The position numbers and the translations under genes are program-made. A DNA stretch of 48,986 bases, the filler included, from Catajapyx aquilonaris (Eukaryota): NCBI GenBank assembly GCA_000934665.2. It is 2 parts of 2 records of this genome, joined end to end, with 100 filler letters (N's around TTAATTAATTAA, not from the genome) between each part and the next. Parts side by side here need not be neighbours in the genome. Positions count along the whole stretch, not along the records: positions 1 to 24,429 come from JYFJ02005509.1; 1 more part is not named here. One strand, written 5' to 3'. Within the stretch, counting starts at the first letter, position 1. Every line of letters begins with the position of its first letter. Of this stretch, positions 13,067 through 24,529 are shown piece by piece. The notes beneath the pieces were generated by a model. The model did not search any database, was not told where the DNA came from, and saw only the letters and a list, made by a program, of their open reading frames with translations.

Positions 13067-13756
13067 GGGATGTTAAAATATAACTTTACAATGGTATTTA
13101 TTGTATGGGCAGTATTGCCTTTATTGGACAGAGACCCCCAAAAAATACGTAGTGATTCATGGAAGAGAATATATTCCGGGTTAATTTCTCAGTACCGTAC
13201 TGCATTGCACACGTAGTATTAATCTTGCTAAAAATGAGTGAAGTTGCACCCTTCTTAGAAAAAGAAACCCCTCTTGAATTGTGATTTTGAGTCAGTGCTC
13301 GTCCCTCACATGAAAAATGATAGCACTTTTGCTTCTCATCCTGGCCCTTACCATCGAGGTCATCAACAGCGTGGGTGTCAAGTTTGGAAAATGTCATGGG
13401 TCAATAATTGATTATTATCATAATCCAACTGCCTCAGTCACTCGCTTAATCATAAGTGCTCCTTCTTAGTAACAACTACACACGCAACCTCCTGTGTCCC
13501 AACGACTGGCAAAACAAATCGCGGTAGTCCAGGGTACCGCATGTAACACAAAGACATTTTGCAAGCAGTTGTGCGTTGTGTCTGAGTTGTGAATGGTGTA
13601 CAAATGATCTGTGTTTAATTGCGTGCCTGAGTGCGAATGTTCTATTGCGTGAGTGTGCGTGTGTTCCCTCTTCCCCTCTTTATAGGCCAGCGATAACCTC
13701 ATGAACCACATAGGATATTTCGCATTATTTGTGCGCACAATGCTTTTTTCCCGCAG

Positions 13757-16700
13757 CTACGACAACGGTACAACACACTACAGTGGCTGTCATTCACGAA
13801 ACAACCACTGTGTACGTGGCTCCAGTCGAGACAACTACACCACCTGCTGCAACCGAGGCTCCTACAACGACCACGCCAGTCGCCGGGACAACTCCTGCAC
13901 CTACGACAACTCCAGCTCCTGAGACTCCAAACCCAACAACAGCAGCTCCTGAAACGCTTCCACCAGAAACAGCACCTCCTGAGACTCCTGCACCATCCAC
14001 AGCAGCCACTGAGACTCTTCCGCCAACCACTGCTCCTCCTGAGACGCTTCCTCCAACCACAGCAGCTCCTGAAATACCTTCGACTACAACAACAACTGCT
14101 GCTCCAACTACAACTACCAACCCAATCCTAGATCAGGATTTTTGTGGTAAGTGCAAGTACACCTACTCTAGAGTGATAAAGGAGCGTTGTTGCAGGACCC
14201 CACAGAAGCAACGTTACATCTGTCATTTCAACAAGGTCTCATCAGTATTATTGCCAATTTCACTTTCAGGTAGGAAGAGTACTGACTATGACGACACGGC
14301 AAACTATTTTTGGCTGTACATGCCACAAAACGCTACCAGTCCCAATGGCTACAAGAATGTCACGGGACCATCCAAGTCCGACCCTGCCATCAAGTTAACT
14401 TCGACCTTACGACAGGTAACGTGGTTCTCTATACGTCTTGAAGAATAATGATCATCCAACAAACACTTGCTGCTTCTTTCAGTGTTTCATTGACGACGAT
14501 TGGGCACGGAAAGGCGACAAATGCGTTCAGAACATGGACTGCGTAAACGGATTTTCCTTCGCGATTTGGCAAAAGACCATCTTCACACCGGACATGCTGC
14601 AAAACCCAGGCAATTATTCGCCGATGTACCTCATGAGCACCGGAGGAGACTGGCTTCCTTCCGACGACTCTTCAGAAGGCAGACCCATCGGGGTGCCTGG
14701 TGTGTCTTTATACCACCAAGGAGCCAACATCATAGCTATTCTCTCTCTCGGAAGAAAGACGTGGAAGCTGACCGTCTCTGGGCAGGTTCAGAATGACACT
14801 TGGACCAATTACGCTCTGAGATGGAGCTTTGCCTCACAGCAAGGAATTACTGGAGGTTTGGAGGTAAATTGAACGTTTCAGGGTTCGTCTCTGCCCAAGC
14901 TGACTACCTGTAATCCATCAACTCTGATCCGACCACCTTGGGCAGAGAAACACCCCGTGTAATTTTTTTTGCTAATGATTGATATTGCAGCTGTTCATGA
15001 ACAACGTAAAAGTGGCGCAGAAAATATATCCCGAGTACACAACCCCGAGAGAGTCTCCGTTCAAGACACCAACGCTTCTGGTGGGGTGTCACCAGAAGTC
15101 AGGTTCCGGGGAACTCACAGGGTTCTCCGACTCTAGCCTGGATGAGATGGTGATATGGAAACATTACATCCCTGACGAATGTACAAAAGTGTTTCTAGGA
15201 GGATTCAGTGAGTATACTCAACCATTTACATTGTCGGTTGTGAAAACTAATGCACACTCTTTCCACGCTTCAGTTGTTAACGTAACTGCAGTCTCAGACA
15301 AAGTGTTTGAGAATTTGGACATGAATAATCCGAAAGCTCAGAAGGAAATGCAAAACATCCTTCAGGGCCTTTCTAAAGTGACTAATCCGCCGCCTCCGAC
15401 TGGTGGTACCCCACCTCCAGTTGCTCCAGGTCGAGCTCCTCCACCTGTAGGTCCAGGTGGTGTCCTGATAACAAGTATGTTGGCCATTTGAGAAATGTGT
15501 CTTGTGCCCAATTCTATATGCTTTTCAAATCTCGTTTATCACATGAACCCCAAAATGTATTGTTGGTTCTAATACTATATCTAATGTGCAGTGTGTTATG
15601 TCAAAAGACAGGTAATCTGACAAGTGAGTTCAAAATAACGTTTTTATTTCCTTAAATAATTTGCCTCTATTGTATTCCAACAGCTCTGTCACCTGAGGTA
15701 TCCAAGGAGTTAGACACGATAGAAACATACGTTAAAGCGATAGATGCAATGATCACCACTCCTGTAGCAGCAAGCCAGGATATAAAGCCTCTTGTGCAAC
15801 AGGTAGTGGATAGCACCAGCAACTTCTTCCAACCACAATGGGCACATGGTTGGAATGCCCTGAGCGTGAAGAATAAACCAGGGATTACCAATACACTAGT
15901 CAAGGTGGATAAGGTGTTGATGCACGAGCTGGTGTCATATAAAGGAAAGCTTCCCTATACGTTCTCACAAGCTACAGATCAGATGGGTATATGAGCTATA
16001 AGTTTCTTAGTTCTGATAAGAGCATGATGCGTGACATAAAATGTCGAGTGAATGCATTTTAATTCTTGGATGTAAATTAATGTCATTCAAAACTATTGCT
16101 ATGTCAATGAGACATTTTTATCCTACCAGAGCTAACGATGTGGCAGATGACTGTCAAAGACTTTGCAGCACTGAAAACTCTGACTTTAGCTGAAAACAAA
16201 CCAAGAAAGAAGCGAAGCGCTACAAATAATTTATGTGTTGAGGACTACTTTCAAGCATTCTGTAAGTAGTCTCTGGGCACATGACCAATATGCAGTCATC
16301 ATTTTAACATTGCTCCTGCCTTCAGTGGACACACAAATATTCAAGAAGGGATGCAACATGGAAAATGTTTCCCTAGTGACAGTCCAATACAAGACAGTGG
16401 ATCAAATGATCTCCACTGAGGCTACTAGGGCGTAAGTTTTAAATAACTGCATATAAATGCATCTGATACACAAATTATCACGCAAAACATGTTACCTCCT
16501 TCAGCTTCATCAACACACCATATAGGTCCCTGGACAGCCTGATATTTTCAGTGAACTTGAGGGTGGATCAGCCATGCACTGTTGATCCCACTTCTTTCAA
16601 ACGACTCTGGGAAAAACGCGAGCTGCGATTGTGCTTCCCCCATCGCAATCATGTCTTCTCCAAGCGAAGCCTTATGTTTCATTCCCCTAAAGACGACACA

Positions 16701-18631
16701 AATGTAAGCACACAGGTCAAGATAATTACCACATGACAGTTTTCAGAAGCCATAACTTTGATGGGTCATTGCAGATAACGGTCAGGCACTGTGCAGTTTG
16801 GAACCCTTCGCTTGAAAAATTTGGTGCTTGGGACACCCTGGGATGCAGCCTAAAGGAAACAAATGCTGACAGAACTGTGTGTGCTTGCTCACAGTTTGGG
16901 ACTTACACTCTCCTAGCAGAAAACACCGAACCAAAGGTATAACCATTTTCGGTAGCATACAATTTTACCACATGCCAATCTCCTCTTGTCTGCTAATGAG
17001 GTGCTCTTCACTGTCATAATTTGCATATGACAGCATACTCGTATGTGAAAAAAAAGTTTCGAAAAAGTATTGAACTGTTACATTTGTCCCATACTGAAAG
17101 CTATTATTGTGCATGAAAATCTCCTGCCTGGAATAATTTTTGTACAGCACAGCAGAAGACACTCCTGCATTTCCAGGATTTAGGTTAAATTCACATTTCT
17201 CAGACAAAATTCAGTTCAAGTTCCTGTTTCATGTTGTGGATTTTACATACAGAAAACACCTGAAGAAGAGTCATGGTACCATACCACAAAGTATGTGTTC
17301 ACAGGAATATCCTGTGTCCTACTTGCCATTTTCCTGGCTGTAATCCTGGCATGCGGGTAAGCAGATGGAGATTATTTTACTCTCAAAGCAAAAAAAAAAA
17401 AGTGATTGTCCCTCTCTTTCAGAGCAAAACTCTGGGAGCAATTCTACTTGCTAAGGTTCAATTTCGTCCTGTGCACTTTGGTGGGACTAATTGCATTATG
17501 CATAACTGACATGGACACAGTCAGAGATAACCGCCACACCTGCACAGCAATGGGTATCATAGTCCACTTGTCCTACATGGCAGCACACTGGCTCCTGGCC
17601 ATGGATGGACACTCGAGCTTCTCAGCTGCTACAAATGGAATTCTTGCAGGAAGACTGAAGGCCTATGTGGCATTGTCTTGGGGTGAGAATACTTGCCTGA
17701 ATAACATTGTGGTCCTAGTAAATCTAAACCAGTGATTTTGGTAATCCGGGTTGAAGTGAATTAATATTGGCAGGTCACAGCATCCAAAAATGATCTGTAC
17801 TACAAACTCAATAATTATTGTTTTCCCTAGGTATGGCTTTCTTCACTGTAGGTGTCAATTTCCTGAGATACCTTATGCTCTTGGGAACTGAACCAACCTG
17901 CTTCATTTCCTGGGATGATCAACCCAAATGGGTCTTCTTTGCACCAGTCCTGTTCATTATGTTGGTAAGCACATCAATTTACACCATCCTAACCACACTT
18001 GGTGTCATAAATATGATTGTCTCTTTCCAGATGGGTTTGCTCTTCAGCAGCGTTGCAGTGTGCAACATAGCTGGCAAGAGACGCAAACTGAAAAGTGAGG
18101 CCTTAACTCAGGAAGTCAATTCAGTAGCCATAGGAAGCTTCGGAACACAGGCGTACTTCTTCATAACATGGTTCATTGCAGTCTTTGCCTATGTCAGAAA
18201 GGGAGGCTTAGGAGGAAAACCAGAGTTGTACATTCCATTTCAATTACTCAACTCATGTTCGGTATGCAAGGACATTTTTGACCTGGCTTGATTAGGGGCT
18301 TCCACATGCATATCACAATTTATGTGCTCTTTCCAGGGAATTGTAATCTTCCTCTTTATGGGCCTAGGATCAACACGATGGAGGACAACAATAACTGGGG
18401 AGGCAAAGAAAAGGGTTAGTGTTACATGAATTGTCGGGTGCATTCATGTACAGTACTTAGTACTTACAGATTTTTATCCATTAGCAACAAGAATTCCATC
18501 ACAGAAAGAACATCCATAGCACAAGACCTGTGGTACCACCAGAGACCATACCAGAGACCACACCAGACACTATACCAGATGCTCCTGTCACTCCAACCTT
18601 AAGTGATGACCCGCTTATTGATCCACGATGA
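13757..18631 (+). CDS. Adhesion GPCR copy 2, tandem paralogue of copy 1; N-terminal exon not identified
   Basis: 16 exons: 13757-14146, 14270-14415, 14483-14863, 14991-15207, 15274-15474, 15684-15986, 16130-16261, 16326-16431, 16505-16703, 16775-16936, 17253-17356, 17423-17682, 17831-17964, 18031-18261, 18337-18414, 18485-18631 (about 1060 aa). Intron phases match copy 1 and 11 of 16 exons have identical length. Confidence 0.88.
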
Positions 18632-19211
18632 CTCTCTCATTAACACATCAGCACTTAAACTTTTAACAAGTGGAAAGAAATGTACAATGCATTCAAGACT
18701 TCTTTCCTGTACACCAACATTTATTAGCAAGTGTGAAGTACATTGTCCCATCCTGAACCACCACTCGATTCTCACAGCTGGAGCATCAGACTTTGTTAAG
18801 CATGTTATGATATTGGAAAGTGGAGAAAATAAGTGCTAGAGAACCAAAGCCAAGAATGAAATGCACTCTGTTTAAAGACAAGAAAAATGAAAAGTGCGGA
18901 ATGCAATCAAAAATACTAGGATGGTAGTCCAGCTTATTTAACAGTTTGCGGAAGACGTACAAAAAGAAAAATATGCACATCTCTCAAAATAAAAAATACT
19001 CTGTTAGGTGCAATAAGTAGTTATAATTTTTTTTACACATGTACATGTACATGCAACATGTTTACATATGCTCACCCTCACTAATCTTCACTCCACTGAG
19101 TGCAGTTATAAAACAAACGGGAAACACTCGCGTAGAAAACTCGGAAATAAAATATTAAGTCAAATGAATTTGCACAAGTGGAAGTTGAGAAATGTAGGAG
19201 GAAAATATATC

Positions 19212-20540
19212 TTATTTGTCTTTCTTGTGTGCTTCTTTCCTACGTGAATCCCTCTTTTCCTTCTGATCATCTTTGCTTTTTTCTGCTTCATCACCGGGAT
19301 GATCTTCGTACCTGCAGGATAATGAAAAAATATTTTTAGGTACAAGAAGACCACTCAGAAACAATTCCCTTAGACACATCTTGCAAGCATCTTCTTTGAC
19401 ACCAAAGTCACATATGAATCCTACTTCTTAATCAAGTACTTACTGAAATAGAACCTTGAGGTCTCCTTTCAGGAGAGCAAGCAACATTGGCGCCCCAAGA
19501 CAAGCCGGGACCAGATAGAGGAGGGCAGGCTGGGCATGGCGGAACGTGTGCATCACCATAATGGTGGTCAGGAGGCCCACCAAGTATGCCAAAAAGGACA
19601 CTGTGAAGTATAGTTTCGTATTGCGCTTCAGGCTGAAAAATGACAAGACATTGTTAATACCAGGACAATTAGATTGCTGAAAAATAACAGAAAAGAGCTC
19701 GTGTGGGAGTCCTTTTTTAACAAGGGCCATAATTATGTCACCTAGATCAACATACAGAGAGGCTGTAGCTGAGGGTATAGAAATTCATTCCCTTCTTTTC
19801 CATCATCTCTATTCCACTGGTTGGGCATTACTAGACTTTAAAAAATAAAAATCATGTCCTGCTAAGCAAACGTCAATCAAAATAATGTAAGAATTTGCAC
19901 AACATTTGTAATTGACAATTTTAACATGTATATTGGTCCGTTGTTGTCCCATTAAACCACAAGAAGACCCACATTACCTGTAGTCAAACCGAAGCAGCAA
20001 AGCAATGAAGATCCCTGGGATGACAATGTCCCCGAGTCCAAGCATGGCAAAATTATTGGCTTGCAAGCCATGGTCAAGAAGATCTTGTGGAAAGACCAGC
20101 TTAATGGGAGCTTCAAATGACTTGGCCACAGTCACCATCACGTTCGTTCCAAACACCCAGAAAATGTCATAGACAAAGAGGCCGCTGAGTAGGATGCATC
20201 CAGTAACCACATTGTTTAGATGCAACAGCTCCACCCCATTGATGGCAAAAGCGATCCCAAAGAGGTTGTTGGCCACCCAGTGCTTCTGCCACAAGTACCA
20301 AATGCCCAGAACGGAGCAGACAGCCACACAGACCAGGTCGTGGGAGTTGAATCGATAATCTATCAGCTCCTCTTTGTCATTCCCAGTTCCCTGTGTGAAT
20401 CGAAGGTGATAGGGAATGTTGGGCACTGAACCTGGGATCAGCCTTCCAACGGCGGGGCTCAGAAGGTGGCTCAAGGCCAGGATGCCCAGGAAAAAGAAGT
20501 AGCTTGTCAAAAGAAGGTTGATGTATTCCTTCGAAAACAC
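19212..20540 (-). CDS. HM13: Signal peptide peptidase (minor histocompatibility antigen H13), last three exons; 5' exons not found in the window
   Basis: Exons 20540-19978, 19632-19444 and 19311-19212 join in phase. Catalytic YD (VYDIFWVFGT), LGLGD and QPALLY motifs; C-terminal KKDK* ER-retrieval signal. Confidence 0.95.
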
Positions 20541-20853
20541 CTGCAAGAGAATATAGAAGTGTCACAAAAGTATATAAAATATATGGAAATTACGACAGGC
20601 AAGGATGACCTTGTTCCCCCAGGTATTGATTAATGGAAATACTCTACTTACATCCTAAGGTAAATCCACTCATTTGCTTTCCATAAAATATTTTTTTCAT
20701 TAACTTTCTAGCACATAACTGAATTCCCAGTTGTCCCAACTTTGAACACCACCGTAATAGAGCTACATTGGACATTTTAATCTACTGGCACACACAGTCA
20801 AACAATCACGGCTATAATGTAAAAATCGGTAGAATGCCTCAATTTTGCAAATA

Positions 20854-21030
20854 CAGTAAAACCGTAAAACCCTCGGTAAAACCTCAATATAATGCTCTTG
20901 GATATAATGCTTTCCCACTTTTAACGACCCTTTTTTCCGGTCCCTTGCTCATTTCCATGCAGGAAATTTCCCCGCATATAACGCTACTTTTGGGCGGTCC
21001 CTTGCCAAGTGTTATATCGAAGTTTTACTG
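20854..21030. mobile_element. Short pogo/Tigger-type MITE
   Basis: TA|CAGTAAAAC ... GTTTTACTG|TA termini; subterminal AAAACCTCAATATAA / GTTATATCGAAGTTTT. Confidence 0.7.
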
Positions 21031-21647
21031 TATTAGGCGAAAAAAGCAGACTGACATGTGCTTCTAAAATTACCTAAGTCATTCAGTCAAGATTAATACT
21101 TAGACCAGGGCTGTAATTGGCATCTTGCATACTTAAAACATGTGAAATGTTGACAGTTAGGGCTAAGTGACAAGTCATTTGGGTCACCAGGACAGGGTTT
21201 AATACAAGCCCAAGGAATCATTACAAAACTTAATCCTAGTCAGATATTGATAGATACACTCCCCCACAGCATGCAAGATGGCATGTGCCGGGCCCCTCCC
21301 TCATGCACAGAATGGCCTTAATTGTTGTGGCACATCACAGAGCGGGAGCCATCAATCTGTGATTCGCCCTAATATTTCCCAATATCAGTGAGGGATGTTC
21401 TTCTCTGGTACATTATTTTGTGCCAGAAAAATAGAACAGATGAGGTGCATGTTGAGTAATTTATTCAATGTGCATCATTTTAGCCGAAAAATTTGGGCAT
21501 TAGGATGACATGTCTTACTACCATCGAGATGCTTTGTCCACTCAACTTGATTGATTCGAAGTTTGAAGTTTCCCTTGGCTGCAGAGGAACAGTCTCCCTA
21601 ACTGACATCCGTGTAAACTACCTCTTAGGGTAGACCTACATGATGGT

Positions 21648-22248
21648 TAGAGAACCGATTTCTAGGTTTTTACCTACTTTTTATTCTGTAGGCATAACAC
21701 TGGAACCAAATATCTATCCATTTCATAACACAAGGACCTCAAAAATAGTAGTTTTATGGAACCTAAAAATGCTATTTCAGGCGTTGGAGCTTAAAGGGCA
21801 TATTAGCACCTATTTCCACCTTTTTGACGCCACTTTGTAAGAATCCCGAGTTTTTGAGAGTTTTCTGTTCAAAGCATCCCTCCTGCTTCAAACTGCAAAG
21901 GTCGAAGAAGCTGTAGACATGCTGGATGAACTGGCTGACAGTTCACTTTTCAAGTATGATCCACCTGCTCTGTGTGAAGTCAAAAGGTCATTTTCAGCGT
22001 ATGAAGATGTATTGTCAGACAGGCATTGCCTACTAACCAACGGAAATATCGAACAACTGCTAGTTCTAGCTTGTTACTGTGATACGAAATTCCAGGGCCA
22101 AAAGTAGGCTATAATATTGTATAGGAATGAAAACAAATTAGGACCTGTTTGATTTTTTACCGCCTATTTAAGACCCTATTTTGACTGTTTTCAGGGCCTA
22201 AATGCCTACCTTCTTCAGGGTTTTGATAACCTAAAAATCCGTTCTTTA
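21648..22248 (+). mobile_element. Internally deleted hAT transposon retaining a transposase C-terminal (dimerisation domain) remnant
   Basis: TIRs TAGAGAACCGATTTCTAGGTT / AACCTAAAAATCCGTTCTTTA; perfect 8-bp TSD ATGATGGT at 21640-21647 and 22249-22256. ORF 21919-22107 FKYDPPALCEVKRSFSAYEDVLSDR resembles the hAT 'ERSFS' motif. Confidence 0.82.
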
Positions 22249-22395
22249 ATGATGGTTTACGTGGCACATTGCCAAAATTTATTTCAAGCAAGCATCATGT
22301 TTCATTTACAATGTTTTCACTTCAATTTAGTATGCCCACTTTTGAAAAGCTGTGCATATATACAGTGTGTTCCAAGTATTCAGGTCCTCTTAGCT

Positions 22396-22642
22396 CAGTG
22401 GTTTCCAACCTTTTACCAACTGCGACCCCATAAACATGTTTCCATAAAGTCATAAACGTGCGACCCCCCTTCCTCCCCTCCCCCAGCCCTTCTACAACTG
22501 CCCCCTTTCCAGAAAACATACAATCTGTACGGCTGCAAAAATGGTTCAATTGACACAGAAATTGCAAAGAAAAAAGTTGAACCAAGGCTCGCAATTTCAC
22601 CCCCTGTGACCCAGGCCACGACCCCCTGGTTGGAAACCACTA
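22396..22642 (+). mobile_element. hAT-type MITE (CAGTGGTTTCCAAC termini)
   Basis: TIR CAGTGGTTTCCAACC / GGTTGGAAACCACTA; 8-bp TSD TCTTAGCT/CCTTAGCT; second copy at 38961-39163. Confidence 0.8.
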
Positions 22643-23273
22643 CCTTAGCTACTGCAAATTTCACCCAAAGTTGTTATCTCATATTTGACTAGCATTGTGC
22701 ATCCCAACTGCAGTGACCAATTACACAATATACCTGCTGCTATATTCCACAGCATGTTGGAATAATTAGGCCCCCTTTATCAGGAAGCAAAAAGCTAAAA
22801 ATAAAAAAACTTTAGGTAAAAGTGATAACTAAAAGGACTTTAACACTTTGAACATACTCCATGGTATATCTGCCTTTACTTTCACGTTGCTTGGAGGACG
22901 GAATTCCCTTGCAATCCTCGTTTATCTGCAAGTTTCAAAACCCTTCCAATATTCAACTAGACTAATGTCCAGACCAGACAAAGAGAAAATGATCTGAAGT
23001 CATCGTTCCTTCCATTGTTGCTTTTTGTTGACACTGTTTACTCATATTGTTCTGTGAGACTATTTCCAAGGAAACCTTGGTGACGTCGCATCATTCTCAC
23101 ATTTTCCGTACATTAGAATTGTATCCACTTATCACATCATTTTGAAAAACTGCTTCTTTCCACAGAATGCTGCTTCTGCAAAACAATACAATCACAGCCT
23201 CGTTTGGGTCCATGCCAGATGCCTGATATGAGATCCACCAACTATGCCTCACTATTTATCTGCACATGAATTA

Positions 23274-23430
23274 CAGTACAACTTCTGTGAGACTGGAAAA
23301 AAACTTTCAGTTGTATAAGATTCAAGTTAGAGAGGTTGGGAATTTTTTAAGCCCATAACTCTATAAAGGTAGCCTGCCTTTATATCCAGCAACGAAAGGT
23401 GTTCAAAACTTAAAAATAACCGTCACTATC
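23274..23430 (-). mobile_element. Partial copy of the MITE at 26308-26904
   Basis: Reverse complement of about 26735-26904 (shared TATATCCAGCAAC.AAAGGTGTTCAAAACTTAAAAATAAC.GTCACTATC). Confidence 0.7.
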
Positions 23431-23483
23431 CGCACCCAAACCAATGACACAACCATACCGGTTCATTTTAAGGCGGCCAATGA

Positions 23484-23666
23484 AGCAAGGGTTACACGTA
23501 GCGAGTTACTCTGCCCAATTGGTGATTACGCTTGCGCAGTAGCCTACTCTCCCGAGAACTCGCCCTGTGAATCTGTGGTCAGCCGATTCGGGAGGCGAGT
23601 GAGCATGCGCAGTAGGCTACTCTCATGCTTGCTTGGCTGAGTAACTCGCCCCGTGTAAACCCCGCG
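23484..23666. mobile_element. PIF/Harbinger-like MITE
   Basis: Inverted termini GCAAGGGTTACACGTAGCGAGTTACTC / GAGTAACTCGCCCCGTGTAAACCCCGC; imperfect 3-bp flanks. Confidence 0.6.
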
Positions 23667-24159
23667 TCAAATGGGAAAATTAAACGCAGATGGGAATGTC
23701 TGAATCCATGGGACCCGGTGCGGATGGCATGAGTCATTACTGGTAGATGGAGATCAGGAATGAGCCTTTCGGTACATGTGGCCTGCTGGGAAATAATAAA
23801 ATTTTCCATACTCGCCAATATGTAGGGACACTGTCGGCTCGAATTTTGCTGCCTCATTATTCGGTTTGTTTATGACATCATGGATATCCAGCAATGTAGA
23901 TCGCGATCTCTTATTTCAAACAGACCTGAGTGATGTCATTGCTGATGCCCTCCCTCCTATTCCCAATTGCTACTTTCGGCCCGAATCACTACTTACATCG
24001 CTCAGCGGTGCGCATCACTGATCAAATAGCTCACATGTAAACACGACATAATGGAAAGGGGGTAGTGGGGTGGAGGGGCAGGGGTAGAGGGGAGTTTAAG
24101 CATGGTTGTTTGATCCATGGACCATGGGCATCATAACTGGCTATGTCTGAAGCAATTAA

Positions 24160-24316
24160 AGCCACGTTTACATGTGAGCAATTTGAGAGATGTCATCGCT
24201 GAGAAATGAATACAATTGTTTGGGGCGAAAATCGATTGTTAACATGATTGTTACTTTCGCCCCAAACAATTGGATTCATCCCTGAGGGATGGCATTGCTC
24301 GCATGTAAAGGCGGCT
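24160..24316. mobile_element. PIF/Harbinger-like MITE
   Basis: TAA|AGCCACGTTTACATGTGAGCAA ... TTGCTCGCATGTAAAGGCGGCT|TAA; internal palindrome AATTGTTTGGGGCGAAA / TTTCGCCCCAAACAATT. Confidence 0.7.
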
Positions 24317-24429
24317 TAACAATACAACCTCTAGCACCACAGGCCGCAGGCCTAGAAACAAGTGAGCGAAGCGAGTGGCTTTCTAGGCCTGCACCATATA
24401 AAAATTCGAGCGAAGAAAGGGTTTTTCTA

Positions 24430-24529
24430 NNNNNNNNNNNNNNNNNNNNNNNNNNNNNNNNNNNNNNNNNNNNTTAATTAATTAANNNNNNNNNNNNNNN
24501 NNNNNNNNNNNNNNNNNNNNNNNNNNNNN
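24430..24529. other. Assembly gap / artificial six-frame-stop contig linker
   Basis: Exactly 44 N + TTAATTAATTAA (24474-24485) + 44 N = 100 bp. Confidence 0.95.

Noticed and set aside
24474..24485. TTAATTAATTAA as a biological palindrome or piggyBac target
   Set aside because: Centred in exactly 44+44 Ns, so it is an assembly linker.
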